From Blastocatellia bacterium (GTDB taxonomy: Bacteria > Acidobacteriota > Blastocatellia > UBA7656), in the NCBI GenBank assembly GCA_963765495.1, contig CAVXWP010000003.1:160001-224000 (forward strand): a stretch of 64,000 bases of DNA. Direction: 5' to 3'. Shown in pieces: positions 12,358 to 23,000 of this stretch; position 1 is the first letter of the stretch; each line of letters starts with the position of its first letter. A program made the translations under genes and the position numbers. The notes beneath the pieces were generated by a model, which saw only the letters and a program-made list of their open reading frames with translations, had not been told where the DNA came from and made no database searches.

Positions 12358-13563
12358 CTGAAGGATGGACACATTTGCTAATTGAACGAGTAGCAACAAG
12401 TTATAAACCTGTGGAAGATTTGTTTTGTGAAAAACCATCAATCTTCTGCTACTCGTTTGCGTGATTATATCACTGCGCTGCTGCCTTCGGCGCACGGACA
12501 TCAACTTAAAGCGATCTGTGATTTCGTCGCTGCGATCATTGAAAATCAAACTGCCAATCAGGCTGAGTTGGCTCGCTGTTTCGGCTCTCAGGAGGCTGCT
12601 GTTAAACGCCTATCTCGCTTGATTCATAACAAGCGCATCCATCCTGATGATCTTGCTGAGGGCGTTTTGCTTCAAGCCTTGTCTCAATTGCCTAGACGAG
12701 GCAAAATCCGTCTGGCAATTGATTGGACTATTGAAGGCGACCATCACCTGCTCGTTGTTTCGCTTGTGACTGGCTCTCGCGCTGTGCCCGTTTATTGGAG
12801 AGCTTACTCTCAGAGCCTGCTTAAGGGCCGTATGCGCCGCTATGAGGTTGCTGTAATCAAGCGCGTCGTCTCCGGCTTTAACAATCGCATTGGTCGCCGT
12901 CGCCTGATTGTCACAGCAGATCGTTGGTTTGCGGATGTCGCTTTAGCGCAACTGTTTGAAGATATGAAGCTTAGCTACATTATCCGAGTCAAAAACAGCA
13001 CGAAGATTTACTATGGTGGTCAATGGCAAAATCTCAAGCGAATGAGATTTTCAGGCAATGCGCGAGGTCGCAACTTTGGGCGCTGCAATTACAGAGAGGG
13101 TTCTCAGCACAAGTTGTATGTGAGTATGAGCCGAGCCAAAGACAAGGAAGGAAAGTGGGAGATATGGTATCTGATAAGCAACAACCGCTACAGTGCAAAG
13201 CAAGCAGCAAATGAATACAGCAGACGCTTCGGGTGCGAGCAGGGATTTAGAGATGTGAAATGGGAGAAGGGATTTTCTCGAGCGAGAATAGAGGATGTGA
13301 AAGCGTGGTCGAGGATGTTCGCACTGTTTGCGATAGCGTTGCTGGTAGTAGTAGTGCTAGGAATGAAGTTGTTAGCTAGAGGGAGAAAAGGAGCCAGGGA
13401 GTTGCTGAGGAGAGTAGCGAGGCGAAAAAAAGGAAGATGGGAATTGAGCATCGTGAGTGCAATGGTGAGCCTGCTGAGAATGGATAAAAGCTTGTTTGAG
13501 CATCTCACTCCTCAAGCGAAACTCAACCTCGAGGCTGCTTTATAAAATGTGTCCATCCTTCAG
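12358..13563 (+). mobile_element. IS4-family insertion sequence (~1.2 kb)
   Basis: Perfect terminal inverted repeats CTGAAGGATGGACACATTT (12358-12376) and AAATGTGTCCATCCTTCAG (13545-13563) around a single transposase; no target-site duplication. Confidence 0.9.
12427..13545 (+). CDS. DDE transposase (IS4-like)
   Basis: LAIDWT, IVTADRWF, and YSRRFGCEQGFRDVK (YREK-type motif). Confidence 0.9.
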   Translation: MKNHQSSATRLRDYITALLPSAHGHQLKAICDFVAAIIENQTANQAELARCFGSQEAAVKRLSRLIHNKRIHPDDLAEGVLLQALSQLPRRGKIRLAIDWTIEGDHHLLVVSLVTGSRAVPVYWRAYSQSLLKGRMRRYEVAVIKRVVSGFNNRIGRRRLIVTADRWFADVALAQLFEDMKLSYIIRVKNSTKIYYGGQWQNLKRMRFSGNARGRNFGRCNYREGSQHKLYVSMSRAKDKEGKWEIWYLISNNRYSAKQAANEYSRRFGCEQGFRDVKWEKGFSRARIEDVKAWSRMFALFAIALLVVVVLGMKLLARGRKGARELLRRVARRKKGRWELSIVSAMVSLLRMDKSLFEHLTPQAKLNLEAAL

Positions 13564-13895
13564 CTTGGAGGCAATAGACGGCTCGCGCTACCTATAAGGG
13601 AAAGGGGGGAAATGATGGGAGATGAATCCTCGGTGCAAGAAAACGCATCACGTCTCACCGGATACAGATGAAATCAGGCTGTAATGTAGTATAGGGAAAG
13701 GGAGGGCTTAATACAGCCCTAAGATGCTGATACGGAGCCATCCACATTTCTTCCTGATGCCATAGCAAATAGCGCTATTATTCAAGTCTGAGTAGTGATC
13801 GGCATAACAATTCAACGGATAGAATATGACAAAGGCGTTGACCTGCAAACAGTGGCATTGTGTAAGGGGGCAAGACGCCAGTTAGGAGGCAAAGA

Positions 13896-15283
13896 ATGTT
13901 CAAGGTGGTTCAAAGATGGAATGAAGTTATTAAAGTTCAGACTGGAAAAAGTAGAAAGCCGTCTTTCGGCTACGACTTTACAATAGAAGGAAAGCGGCAC
14001 CGTAATTCCGGCTTCCCAACAAAGGGCGGGGCCGAGGCAGCGGTCGGTAAGATTAAAGCGGCTATCCGATTTGGCGAGTCAAGCCAGATAACGTCTTTTG
14101 TACCTACCATATCGCAGTTGGCTGCGGCCTGTGTGAACCGTCAACGGCTGCGCGTGAGTCGAAAACGTGTGGCGCTCACAAAGCGTGTGACTAGACGTTT
14201 CTTAGAGTTCCTTCAAAACCCCAGCAAGCAGGGCAAGAGCATCTAAATTTCAATAATGCCGGGGATTTAGGAGTCATAGTGAAACTTTATCCTCCATATA
14301 GAGCGAAATCGTAAGGCTTAAGACTTGAAGGAGCGTTAAATCATCAGGAATCTATGATCGAAGTAGCCCAAACTTGAGATGCTTCGTTTTATAAATCAGC
14401 GATTATATGGAGTTTTTAGATGCTCTTGCCCTGCCCCAGCAAGCCGATAACAAAGATAACAAGTCATGATATGATAAGATTTCAACAGTATCTTTTAGAT
14501 GCTCCGTGGCTGGACGGGCGGACGCTACATCCGCACACGGTAAACGATCAAACGAGAGTTATTAGATCAATGTTTTTAGCCGCAGAAGTTTTATTTCCGC
14601 ATGTTCAGTTTAACCCGCCTCGCATCACTCCCCTGCCTGTACTACATCACGGGCGCGAGCGTGTATATCAAGACGATGAAATCATTAAAATGATTAATGC
14701 GCTACGCAACATGCCAAGCGCACGGCTACCCGACTACAAACGACAGGACGCGCATGATTTATTCGTACTCGGATGGCAAACCGCCGCCCGTATAGGTGAA
14801 CTACTCGCCTTGAAGGTGCAGGATTGCTCACTTACAGGCAAGCGGCCTTGTATCTATATCCGCACGTCAAAGACGAAACGTGCACGTACGATACTGCTTA
14901 CCTCTATAGCCGAAGACGTTATCCGCAGACGCATAGATGCGGCCACAAACGAAAAGCTGTTTCCACACGCCGGGCGGCCACAGGTTTATGGCGGCAATCT
15001 TTGTAAGATATATAAACGTGCCGCAGAGGTTGCAGGCGTAGAATGGGGCCGTGATTCACAATCAGGCGTCGTGTTTCATACCTTACGTCATACGGCGATT
15101 ACTCGTATGGTGCGGGAAGGCCACCCATTGCAAGTTATAGGCAAGTGGACGGGTCACGCAGCGCAGACTATGATTCTCAGGTATTCCCATGCATCCGACG
15201 AGGATATGGAAGCGATAGCAAGTCGCTTTGAAAAACTCGGCACTAAATTGACACCTGCTTTTTTGTCGTCTGCAAATGCTTGA
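13896..15283 (+). pseudogene. Phage-type tyrosine integrase interrupted by a MITE
   Basis: N-terminal arm-binding-like part (YDFTIEGKRHRNSGFPTK) plus catalytic part (AARIGE, SKT, HTLRH, TGH, LRYSH). Removing 14229-14443 restores one ~390-aa frame (...LQNPSK|PITKITS...). Confidence 0.9.
14229..14433. mobile_element. 205-bp non-autonomous MITE, ISAs1-like ends
   Basis: Perfect 19-bp TIRs CAGGGCAAGAGCATCTAAA / TTTAGATGCTCTTGCCCTG, flanked by 10-bp direct repeat CCCCAGCAAG (14219-14228, 14434-14443). Confidence 0.92.
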
Positions 15284-15305
15284 GAATATAGGGGTTATAA
15301 TTCTT

Positions 15306-16763
15306 ATGGAATTAAAGGCAGGTTTTGTATGTGACCGGGGGCTGAACCCGAAACGTCCGGTCAACCAGGACCGCTTTCTGGCTATTCCCGAACGCGGACT
15401 CTTTGCGGTCTTTGACGGTGTGGGAGGACAGCGAGCGGGCGAAGTCGCAAGCCAGACGGCGGCAGACACTATTGAAGAAGCGCTCACACACACACAGGCC
15501 GATTCTTCGAAAGAGTTGATAAGGCGCGCCATTCAGTTCGCAAACCGAGACATTTTTGAGATGGCCGAAAGCGACCCCACCTACAAGACCATGGCGACTA
15601 CGGTTGCGCTTGTTCACATAGACGGCGACCGCGCGACCATCGCTCACGTAGGCGACAGTCGCGTATACCGCCTCGCAGGCGGACGCCTTTACCGAGAGAC
15701 GATTGATCACACCGACCTCAATGACGACATCAGAGCCGGACTCGTAAGCAAGCAAAAAGCCGTCGAACAGGAAGACCGGAATGTCATCAATCGCGCGCTC
15801 GGCATCGAACCGGATGTGGAGGTCGAAATCAAGACGGTAAGCGTGAGCGACGGCACAAGGTTGTTGCTGTGCAGCGACGGCATCTATCGCCACCTATCCG
15901 ACGAGCAGATCGCGCGATTGCTTGCCGAAAACGAAGACCCGCAACGCGCCGCCGAAGAGTTTAAGAGAATCGTCTATGAACGCGGCGCTGACGATAACCT
16001 CACGGCCATAGTCGTGCAACTGGGCCGCGCCCGGCAGCCAAAGACCGTTGCCGTAGACTCTTCTCACGCGGCTTTTATGGGGTCAAGCGCCTCAAGACGG
16101 GCAAGCGCAAAACCGGCAGGCGGTCGCATTCACGTGAATTTCGGCCCCGATAGGGATAAAGCCACAGGCAAAGCCGCAAAGACCGAAGACAGGACGCAAT
16201 CCGGCTATGCAGAGCGAGCGCCAGGGTACGGCGCGGCAGCGGGGGGCTCTTTGCGAACCGCTTCGGAGCCGGGCGGAAAAGGCTCGTTCACACGGAAACT
16301 CGTCTACGTATTACTTGCGACAGTGATTGCTGCGGGAGCCTTTTATGCCGGGCTGCGCGCGTCAGATTATTTAAACGGGCAAACGTCTGAGCGGGACGCA
16401 AACGGCAACGCGCTGATGGATGGAGAGCAACCCGACCCGCTTCGGACCGGGCGCGAGGCTTTTCTCAAAGGCGATTACCAGAAAGCGATGACCGAATTTG
16501 ATTCCATATTGATGAGCGATCCTGAAAATGCGACGGCCCGCTACTGGCTCGGGCGGGCGCAACTCGAACAGCGCGATTACCAGAAGGCCGCGCAGAATTT
16601 CGAGCAGGTCATCACGACCCGCCCCCAGATGTATGACGCATATATCCAGGCGGCTGCCGCGTATGAAGCAGGTGGGGAAAAGATAAAATCGGCAAAGATG
16701 CTCTATCGCTACGGCGAAGAAAGGCGCAAACAGACAACCGCGCCCCCAACCGCGACGCAGTGA
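15306..16763 (+). CDS. PP2C-family Ser/Thr phosphatase with TM helix and C-terminal TPR domain
   Basis: NQD, AVFDGVGG, HVGDSRVY, LCSDG, DNLT motifs; hydrophobic helix; TPR-like repeats. Start chosen at ATG 15306. Confidence 0.9.
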   Translation: MELKAGFVCDRGLNPKRPVNQDRFLAIPERGLFAVFDGVGGQRAGEVASQTAADTIEEALTHTQADSSKELIRRAIQFANRDIFEMAESDPTYKTMATTVALVHIDGDRATIAHVGDSRVYRLAGGRLYRETIDHTDLNDDIRAGLVSKQKAVEQEDRNVINRALGIEPDVEVEIKTVSVSDGTRLLLCSDGIYRHLSDEQIARLLAENEDPQRAAEEFKRIVYERGADDNLTAIVVQLGRARQPKTVAVDSSHAAFMGSSASRRASAKPAGGRIHVNFGPDRDKATGKAAKTEDRTQSGYAERAPGYGAAAGGSLRTASEPGGKGSFTRKLVYVLLATVIAAGAFYAGLRASDYLNGQTSERDANGNALMDGEQPDPLRTGREAFLKGDYQKAMTEFDSILMSDPENATARYWLGRAQLEQRDYQKAAQNFEQVITTRPQMYDAYIQAAAAYEAGGEKIKSAKMLYRYGEERRKQTTAPPTATQ

Positions 16764-16782
16764 GACCAGAGACTATATCGAA

Positions 16783-18354
16783 GTGGGAGAACTGAGACTG
16801 GAAAACAGCATAGTCGACGACCGCTACCTGGCGGAGCGCTGCCTGGGCCGGGGCAGCTATGCCGAGATATTTCTGGCCTACGACCGCGAGCGCAATAACG
16901 GGACCGTCATAATCAAGGCGCTCAACACCTCGCTTCAGGGAACGCCCGATTACGAGCTTGAGCGCACGCTTGTTGAAAACTTTCAAAACGAAGCGATAGC
17001 GCTCGACAAGGTGCGCCATTCGCACATCATACGCCGGCTGGGTCACGGAACGGCGGCCGATCTTGAAGGGGTGATGTTTCATTACCTGCTGCTCGAATAC
17101 ATGGCGGGCGGCGATCTGCTCGAGCTATGCCGCAAGCGCAGGTTTGGTATCCCGGATACGCTCTTTTATTTCAAGCAGGTGGCCGAGGCGCTCGCCTACG
17201 CGCACAGCCAGAATGTCATACACCGCGACATCAAACCCAACAACCTTTTGTTGAACGCCGATCACACGATAATCAAGGTAGCCGATTTCGGCGTTGCAAA
17301 GATGGCGCTTGACGACAATACCGAAATCACTCGCGTGGGAACGAACGTTTACGCTCCGCCGGAGCATCATCCAGACAGTCCTTCCACGCAGCTCTATGAA
17401 AGGCTGACGCCGTCGGCCGACATCTATTCGCTTGCAAAGACGATCTACACTTCGATGACGGGCCGCGCCCCGCGCCAGTTCTCGCGTCATCCCATCACGG
17501 AGCTTCCCCCCGAGATTATGGCCGAGCCGTGGGGCGATCATTTGCTTCTGATATTGAACAAAGCCACCGCCTCGCGAGCCTCGGATCGCTATCAGTCAAT
17601 CCAGGAATTCTGGGATAATTTCGCCCGGCTCGAAAGATACACAATCGAAGAAGAGGCAACCGACCCGGAAGCCACCATAGTGCGTTCTCGCTTGAAAGGC
17701 ACGAGCCAGGTCGAGCGGGCGGCTGCCGTGCCGCATTTTCAAACGCTTGCGACCGCGCCTTATGAAAGCGGTGGGGTTCAAAAAGCGCGCATAGTCGTAG
17801 AGTTGCCTGAACGCGAGCATCAGGTCTCGCCTGCCGACCCTCAAATTTCACCCCATGTCGCCGCGCCTAACGGTCATCCCGCTTACGCGCAAAATGAAGT
17901 TGCACCTCGGGGCGAGTTGAGCCCGAAAGGGGCTGCCGTTCTTCCGACAAAGCGCGTGAGCGGCAATGAAGAGAGCGAGCGAAGCGTCTTTGATGACCTT
18001 CGCGCCATAATCGGTTCTGACTGGCTGCGCCGCATCTTTATAATCTTTTTAATAGCGGCGCTGGTCGGGCTTGTGGCCTCCACCTATTACTATTTTGCCG
18101 ACCGCAATCGCCGCCCCTCAACCATCAACGCGCCTCAATACAGAGACGGGGTGATCGCAAATGCGCTGAACGTCAATCTGCGCAAAGACCCCGGCGGACT
18201 GGTGCTTGTTCCGTTGCCTGCCGGCACTCGCGTTCGCGTATATGAGAATCAAAACGGATGGCTGAGAATCAAGATATTGGAGTGGGCGGGCGGAGCGCCC
18301 ACGGACAATTACGACAGCGGATGGATAGACGGGCGCTATGTTGATTATGATTGA
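16783..18354 (+). CDS. Hanks-type Ser/Thr protein kinase with TM helix and C-terminal SH3b-like domain
   Basis: LGRGSYAE, HRDIKPNN, DFG, GTNVYAPPE; TM helix; NVNLR...GW. Confidence 0.92.
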   Translation: MGELRLENSIVDDRYLAERCLGRGSYAEIFLAYDRERNNGTVIIKALNTSLQGTPDYELERTLVENFQNEAIALDKVRHSHIIRRLGHGTAADLEGVMFHYLLLEYMAGGDLLELCRKRRFGIPDTLFYFKQVAEALAYAHSQNVIHRDIKPNNLLLNADHTIIKVADFGVAKMALDDNTEITRVGTNVYAPPEHHPDSPSTQLYERLTPSADIYSLAKTIYTSMTGRAPRQFSRHPITELPPEIMAEPWGDHLLLILNKATASRASDRYQSIQEFWDNFARLERYTIEEEATDPEATIVRSRLKGTSQVERAAAVPHFQTLATAPYESGGVQKARIVVELPEREHQVSPADPQISPHVAAPNGHPAYAQNEVAPRGELSPKGAAVLPTKRVSGNEESERSVFDDLRAIIGSDWLRRIFIIFLIAALVGLVASTYYYFADRNRRPSTINAPQYRDGVIANALNVNLRKDPGGLVLVPLPAGTRVRVYENQNGWLRIKILEWAGGAPTDNYDSGWIDGRYVDYD

Positions 18355-18401
18355 TTCGATAGTCGGGAGAGAAAAACTATACTGAAAATTAGGAGAGAAA
18401 G

Positions 18402-19250
18402 ATGGGCTTTCAAGACTGGTTCGAGAGTCTCAGGAAGTGGATAGACGGCGAAGAAGATTTGGACGAAGAGGGTCAACCACGGCCCCGCTCCAAATGGGAC
18501 GATTTTCTTGTGTCAATCGCGCGCGAAGTGGAACAGACCATGCAACGCGAGATGTTCACGCCGCCCGGCGGCCCCACCTATGTGCCGCGCGAGTACATAG
18601 TCTTTCTCAGTTCCGACGACGATGCCGAGTGGCAGGGAGAAAAACGCGAGGGGCTCGAACGCGGGCTCTATCACGTGTTGTCGGAACGGGCGAAGGAGCT
18701 TGCGGGCGAAAACGATTTCCAGACCAAGACGCTCACGGTAGAGTTGCGCGTGGACCCCGGCCTCGAATCAAGCCATTTCCGCGTGCAGCACATCTGGGAC
18801 ACCGAAGCGCAGAAGACTATGGTACGCCCGCGCAAGCGGGCCGAGGCCAATTCGGAAGGGCTGGCTACGATAGCCGAAGAGCGAGAAGACGAAGCGACAA
18901 TCGTTCGCCCGCGCAAGCCCGCCGAGGCATCATTTTCAGTGGCGATGCGGCGTAATGCGCCGGGAGCCGATACCGCGCCTCCCGATGTTCGCCCCTTTTA
19001 CAAGGATGAAATCTCTATCGGTCGAGGCTCGCGCCAGGTTACGGTTGACCTCCGCCTGGAAGGCGATCTGGAAGTGAGTCGCAAACACGCTACGCTGGCC
19101 AAAGGCGATGACGGAACTTTCACGCTCACCTGCCACGGAGCAAATCCGATTATGATCGGAGACGACCGCGAGGTACCCGCAGGCGAAAGCGCCCCGGTCG
19201 GCAAGGGTGAAAAGATCACCATATGCAGCTATGAACTCACGATTCAATAA
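18402..19250 (+). CDS. FhaA-like protein (DUF3662-like N-terminus plus C-terminal FHA domain)
   Basis: YVPREYIVFLS; IGRG...VSRKHA...GAN FHA motifs. Confidence 0.85.
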   Translation: MGFQDWFESLRKWIDGEEDLDEEGQPRPRSKWDDFLVSIAREVEQTMQREMFTPPGGPTYVPREYIVFLSSDDDAEWQGEKREGLERGLYHVLSERAKELAGENDFQTKTLTVELRVDPGLESSHFRVQHIWDTEAQKTMVRPRKRAEANSEGLATIAEEREDEATIVRPRKPAEASFSVAMRRNAPGADTAPPDVRPFYKDEISIGRGSRQVTVDLRLEGDLEVSRKHATLAKGDDGTFTLTCHGANPIMIGDDREVPAGESAPVGKGEKITICSYELTIQ

Positions 19251-19273
19251 ACGTGAAAGCGGATGGAGCACGA

Positions 19274-19726
19274 ATGGAAAAAACCGAAGAGACGACCGCG
19301 AGATTCGGCGGCAGCCTGCCACAAAAGATAGCCCTCGGAGCGGCTCTGTTAATAGTCGTTTTCCTGATCGGGTATGTTCCGTCGTGTGTGAGCGCCCGCA
19401 GCGCCCAACAGCAAAGGGCGCAGCTTGAAAGCAGGTTGCGCCTGAGCGATTTGCGCGGGCGGCTCGGGATGGCAAGCTACGAGGCAAACAGAAACAACTA
19501 CGCCAACGCCATGCAGTTTTCAACGGAGTTTTACACGGGTTTGCGAGATTTGATTGAGGATACCGAAGATCAGACGGCGAAAAAGAAGATGCAGGATATG
19601 ATGACGCGCCGTGATGAGATCACAACAAATCTGGCGCAGGCCGATCCGGCAGTTAAGGAAAAGTTGTCCGCCATGTACGCCGAGTTTTATCAACTCAGCG
19701 CGGAAAAAGCCGACAAGCAGCAGTAA
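19274..19726 (+). CDS. Hypothetical membrane-anchored helical protein
   Basis: N-terminal TM segment, GGAG RBS, co-oriented with the cluster. Confidence 0.7.
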   Translation: MEKTEETTARFGGSLPQKIALGAALLIVVFLIGYVPSCVSARSAQQQRAQLESRLRLSDLRGRLGMASYEANRNNYANAMQFSTEFYTGLRDLIEDTEDQTAKKKMQDMMTRRDEITTNLAQADPAVKEKLSAMYAEFYQLSAEKADKQQ

Positions 19727-19853
19727 AAAGTAAGATCAGGATCAGGCTTCAACCCGCATTTCAGCGCCACAGAGACTGAGCACTTTCCCACACCCTTTGG
19801 GGAACTTTCCGCAAAATCAAAAGAGAAAAAGCCGGTCTATTGATTGTCGGCTG

Positions 19854-19869
19854 CGGCATCGGTATTGCT
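19854..19869 (+). promoter_or_regulatory. sigma54 (-24/-12) promoter of the PFOR operon
   Basis: CGGCATCGGTATTGCT (GG-N10-GC); TTTCCGCA-type sites upstream at 19783-19813. Confidence 0.7.
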
Positions 19870-20000
19870 CTGTCACTCTTTTATGAAGAGGCGTGAGAAT
19901 TTTTTACCGATGTCAGGCGAAGGTTGCGCCCCTCCGGGGTCGAGGATTTGCCTGACTTGAGTCGCTTATTACCAGAGTTTCTAAACAGAGAGATTTTCTT

Positions 20001-23000
20001 ATGACACACGAGCAAATTACGATAGACGGCAACGAAGCCGCCGCAATTGTGGCTTACAAGACAAATGAGGTAATCGCCATCTACCCTATCACCCCTTCTT
20101 CACCGATGGGTGAGTTGTCGGATGCGTGGGCCACGCTCAAAGAGAGAAACCTCTGGGGCATGTCGCCTGTTGTGCGCGAAATGCAATCGGAAGGCGGAGC
20201 CGCCGGAGTCGCGCACGGTACGCTCCAGACGGGCGCGCTTACGACCACCTTTACCGCGAGCCAGGGGTTGCTCCTGATGATCCCAAACATGTTCAAGATA
20301 GCGGGCGAGCTTACGAGCACGGTATTTCACATCGCGGCTCGCACGGTCGCCACGCACGCGCTGTCAATTTTCGGCGATCATAGCGATGTGATGGCCACGC
20401 GCTCTGCGGGCTGGGCGATGTTGTTTGCCGGCTCTGTTCAGGAGGTGATGGATTTTGCGCTGATAGCGCAGGCTTCCACATTGCGTGCGAGAGTCCCTTT
20501 CCTTCACATCTTTGACGGTTTCCGCACCTCGCACGAAGTGATGAAGATCGAAAAACTCAGCGACCAGATGATCGCCGCGATGATCGATTCTGAACTGGTC
20601 AGAGAGCATCGCGGTCGCGCCCTTTCGCCGGATCATCCCGTGATTCGGGGGACCGCTCAGAACCCGGATGTATTCTTTCAATCCCGCGAGCGAGCCAATA
20701 TTTATTATCAGCAGACCCCCGACATCGTAGAGGCCGCGATGGATAAATTCGCCTCTCTTACGGGCCGCCGCTATAGCCTGTTTGATTATATCGGCGCTGC
20801 GGATGCCGAGCGCGTGATAGTGATGATGGGATCGGGCGCAGAGACGGCGGAGGAGACGGTCAGGTATCTGGCGGAGCGGGGCGAGCCAGTAGGCTTGCTC
20901 AAGGTAAGACTTTACCGCCCGTTTTCAAACAAGCATCTGCTGGCCGCTTTGCCGAAGACCGCGCGCGCCATAGCCGTGCTCGACAGAACCAAAGAGCCGG
21001 GAAGCGCAGGCGAGCCGCTTTATCAGGATGTCGTCACAGCCATTGCCGAAAGCTTCGCAGATGGCGGCAATTCATTCGAGCGGGTGCCTCGCGTGATCGG
21101 AGGCCGCTACGGGCTTGCCTCAAAAGAATTCACCCCGGCGATGGTCAAGGCCGTATTTGACGAACTCGCTTCAGACAATCCGAAGAATCATTTCACCGTA
21201 GGCATCAACGACGATGTAACCTTCACAAGCATCGACTACGACGCAGACTTTGACACCGAGCGCGACGATGAAGTGCGGGCCGTATTCTGGGGACTTGGTT
21301 CGGACGGCACGGTGGGCGCAAACAAAAACTCCGTGAAGATCATCGGCGAAGAGACCTCAAATTACGCGCAGGGGTATTTCGTTTACGACTCAAAGAAAGC
21401 GGGCGCGGTAACGGTCTCGCATCTGAGGTTTGGCCCGCGCCCGATCCGAAGCAGTTATCTCATCCGGCGGGCAAACTTTGTCGCCGTCCATCAATTCAAT
21501 TTCCTCAACCGATACGACGTATTGGAGACGGCCGAGGAGGGCGCGATCTTTTTGCTGAATGCGCCTTACACTAAAGATGAAGTGTGGAATTATCTGCCCC
21601 GCTCGACGCAGGAACAGATCATCGGAAAGAAGCTGAAATTTTATACGATCAACGCAAATGAAGTCGCCAGGGCGGCGGGTCTTGGCGGGCGCATCAACAC
21701 CATCATGCAGACCTGCTTTTTCGCCATAAGCGGCGTCCTGCCGCGTGAAGAGGCCGTGACAAAGATCAAAGAATCGATCAAGAAGACTTATAGCAAACGA
21801 GGCGAAACGGTTCTCAAGCAGAATTACAGGGGGGTGGACGCGGCGCTCTCGCACCTTGAAGAAGTGATCGTGCCCGACAGCGTTACATCGGATTTCGACA
21901 GGGCGGCGACAGTCCCGCTCGATGCGCCCGAATTCGTTCGCAATATAACGGCTGCGCTTATGTCGGGCAAAGGCGACGCTTTGCCCGTCAGCGCCTTTCC
22001 CGCCGACGGAACCTATCCGACAGGCACCGCCGCGTGGGAGAAACGATCCATCGCGCAAGAGGTTCCCGTCTGGGAGACCGACCTTTGCATCCAATGCGGG
22101 AAGTGCGTGATGGTCTGCCCGCACTCGACCATCCGCGCCAAGGTCTTTGATGGCGACGGGGCAGAGAATGCGCCGGACGGATTCAAGTACATGCCCGCAA
22201 AATGGCGCGAGCTTACCGGCAAGCAGTACACGATTCAGGTAGCGGTAGAGGATTGCACCGGCTGCCGATTATGCGTAGAGATTTGCCCGGCGAAGGATAA
22301 GAGCAACGTCTCGCGCAAGGCTCTCAACATGCATCCGCAAGCGCCACTCGTCGAGCGCGAGCGCGACAACTGGCGGTACTTCCTCGATCTTGCCGAACCC
22401 GCTCAGAAACAGGCTCTGCATTTCAACACGGTAAAGAACGTGCAGTTGCTGGAGCCGCTGTTTGAATTTTCAGGAGCCTGCGCCGGTTGCGGCGAGACGC
22501 CTTACATAAGACTTGTGACGCAACTGTTTGGCGACCGCGCCATAATTGCAAACGCCACGGGTTGCTCAAGCATTTATGGCGGCAATCTTCCCACCACTCC
22601 CTACACGGTCAACGGTGAGGGGCGAGGCCCGGCCTGGAGCAATTCGCTATTTGAAGACAACGCCGAATTCGGCCTCGGGATGCGGATGGCTGTCGATCAA
22701 CGAACTGCCTATGCGAGGCAGTTGATCGAGCGGTTGCACCCGGAAATAGGGGACGCGCTTGCCGAGAGTCTGCTCTCTACGGATCAATCAACCGAAGCGG
22801 GGATAAACGCGCTTCGCCAGTGTGTAAACGCGCTCAAAGCGAAACTGCGCGGCAACACTGACCCGCAGGCGCGAGACTTACTGAGCGTAGCCGACTCGCT
22901 TGTCAAAAAGAGCGTATGGATAGTGGGCGGTGACGGCTGGGCCTACGATATAGGTTACGGCGGGCTCGATCACGTGCTTGCAAGCGGGCTGAATGTAAAC

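Noticed and set aside
2931-12361. Dozens of ORFs in the track containing LNRTIVELK / MVRFK / FQFHDGSIQA
   Set aside because: They are translations of the CRISPR repeat, not genes.
13564-13895. tRNA/att site or small gene between IS and integrase
   Set aside because: No cloverleaf recognised; the short ORFs lack motifs; only a weak TATA(A)GGGAAAGGG duplication.
13896-15283. Two separate genes (116 aa and 287 aa)
   Set aside because: They are halves of one integrase split by the MITE.
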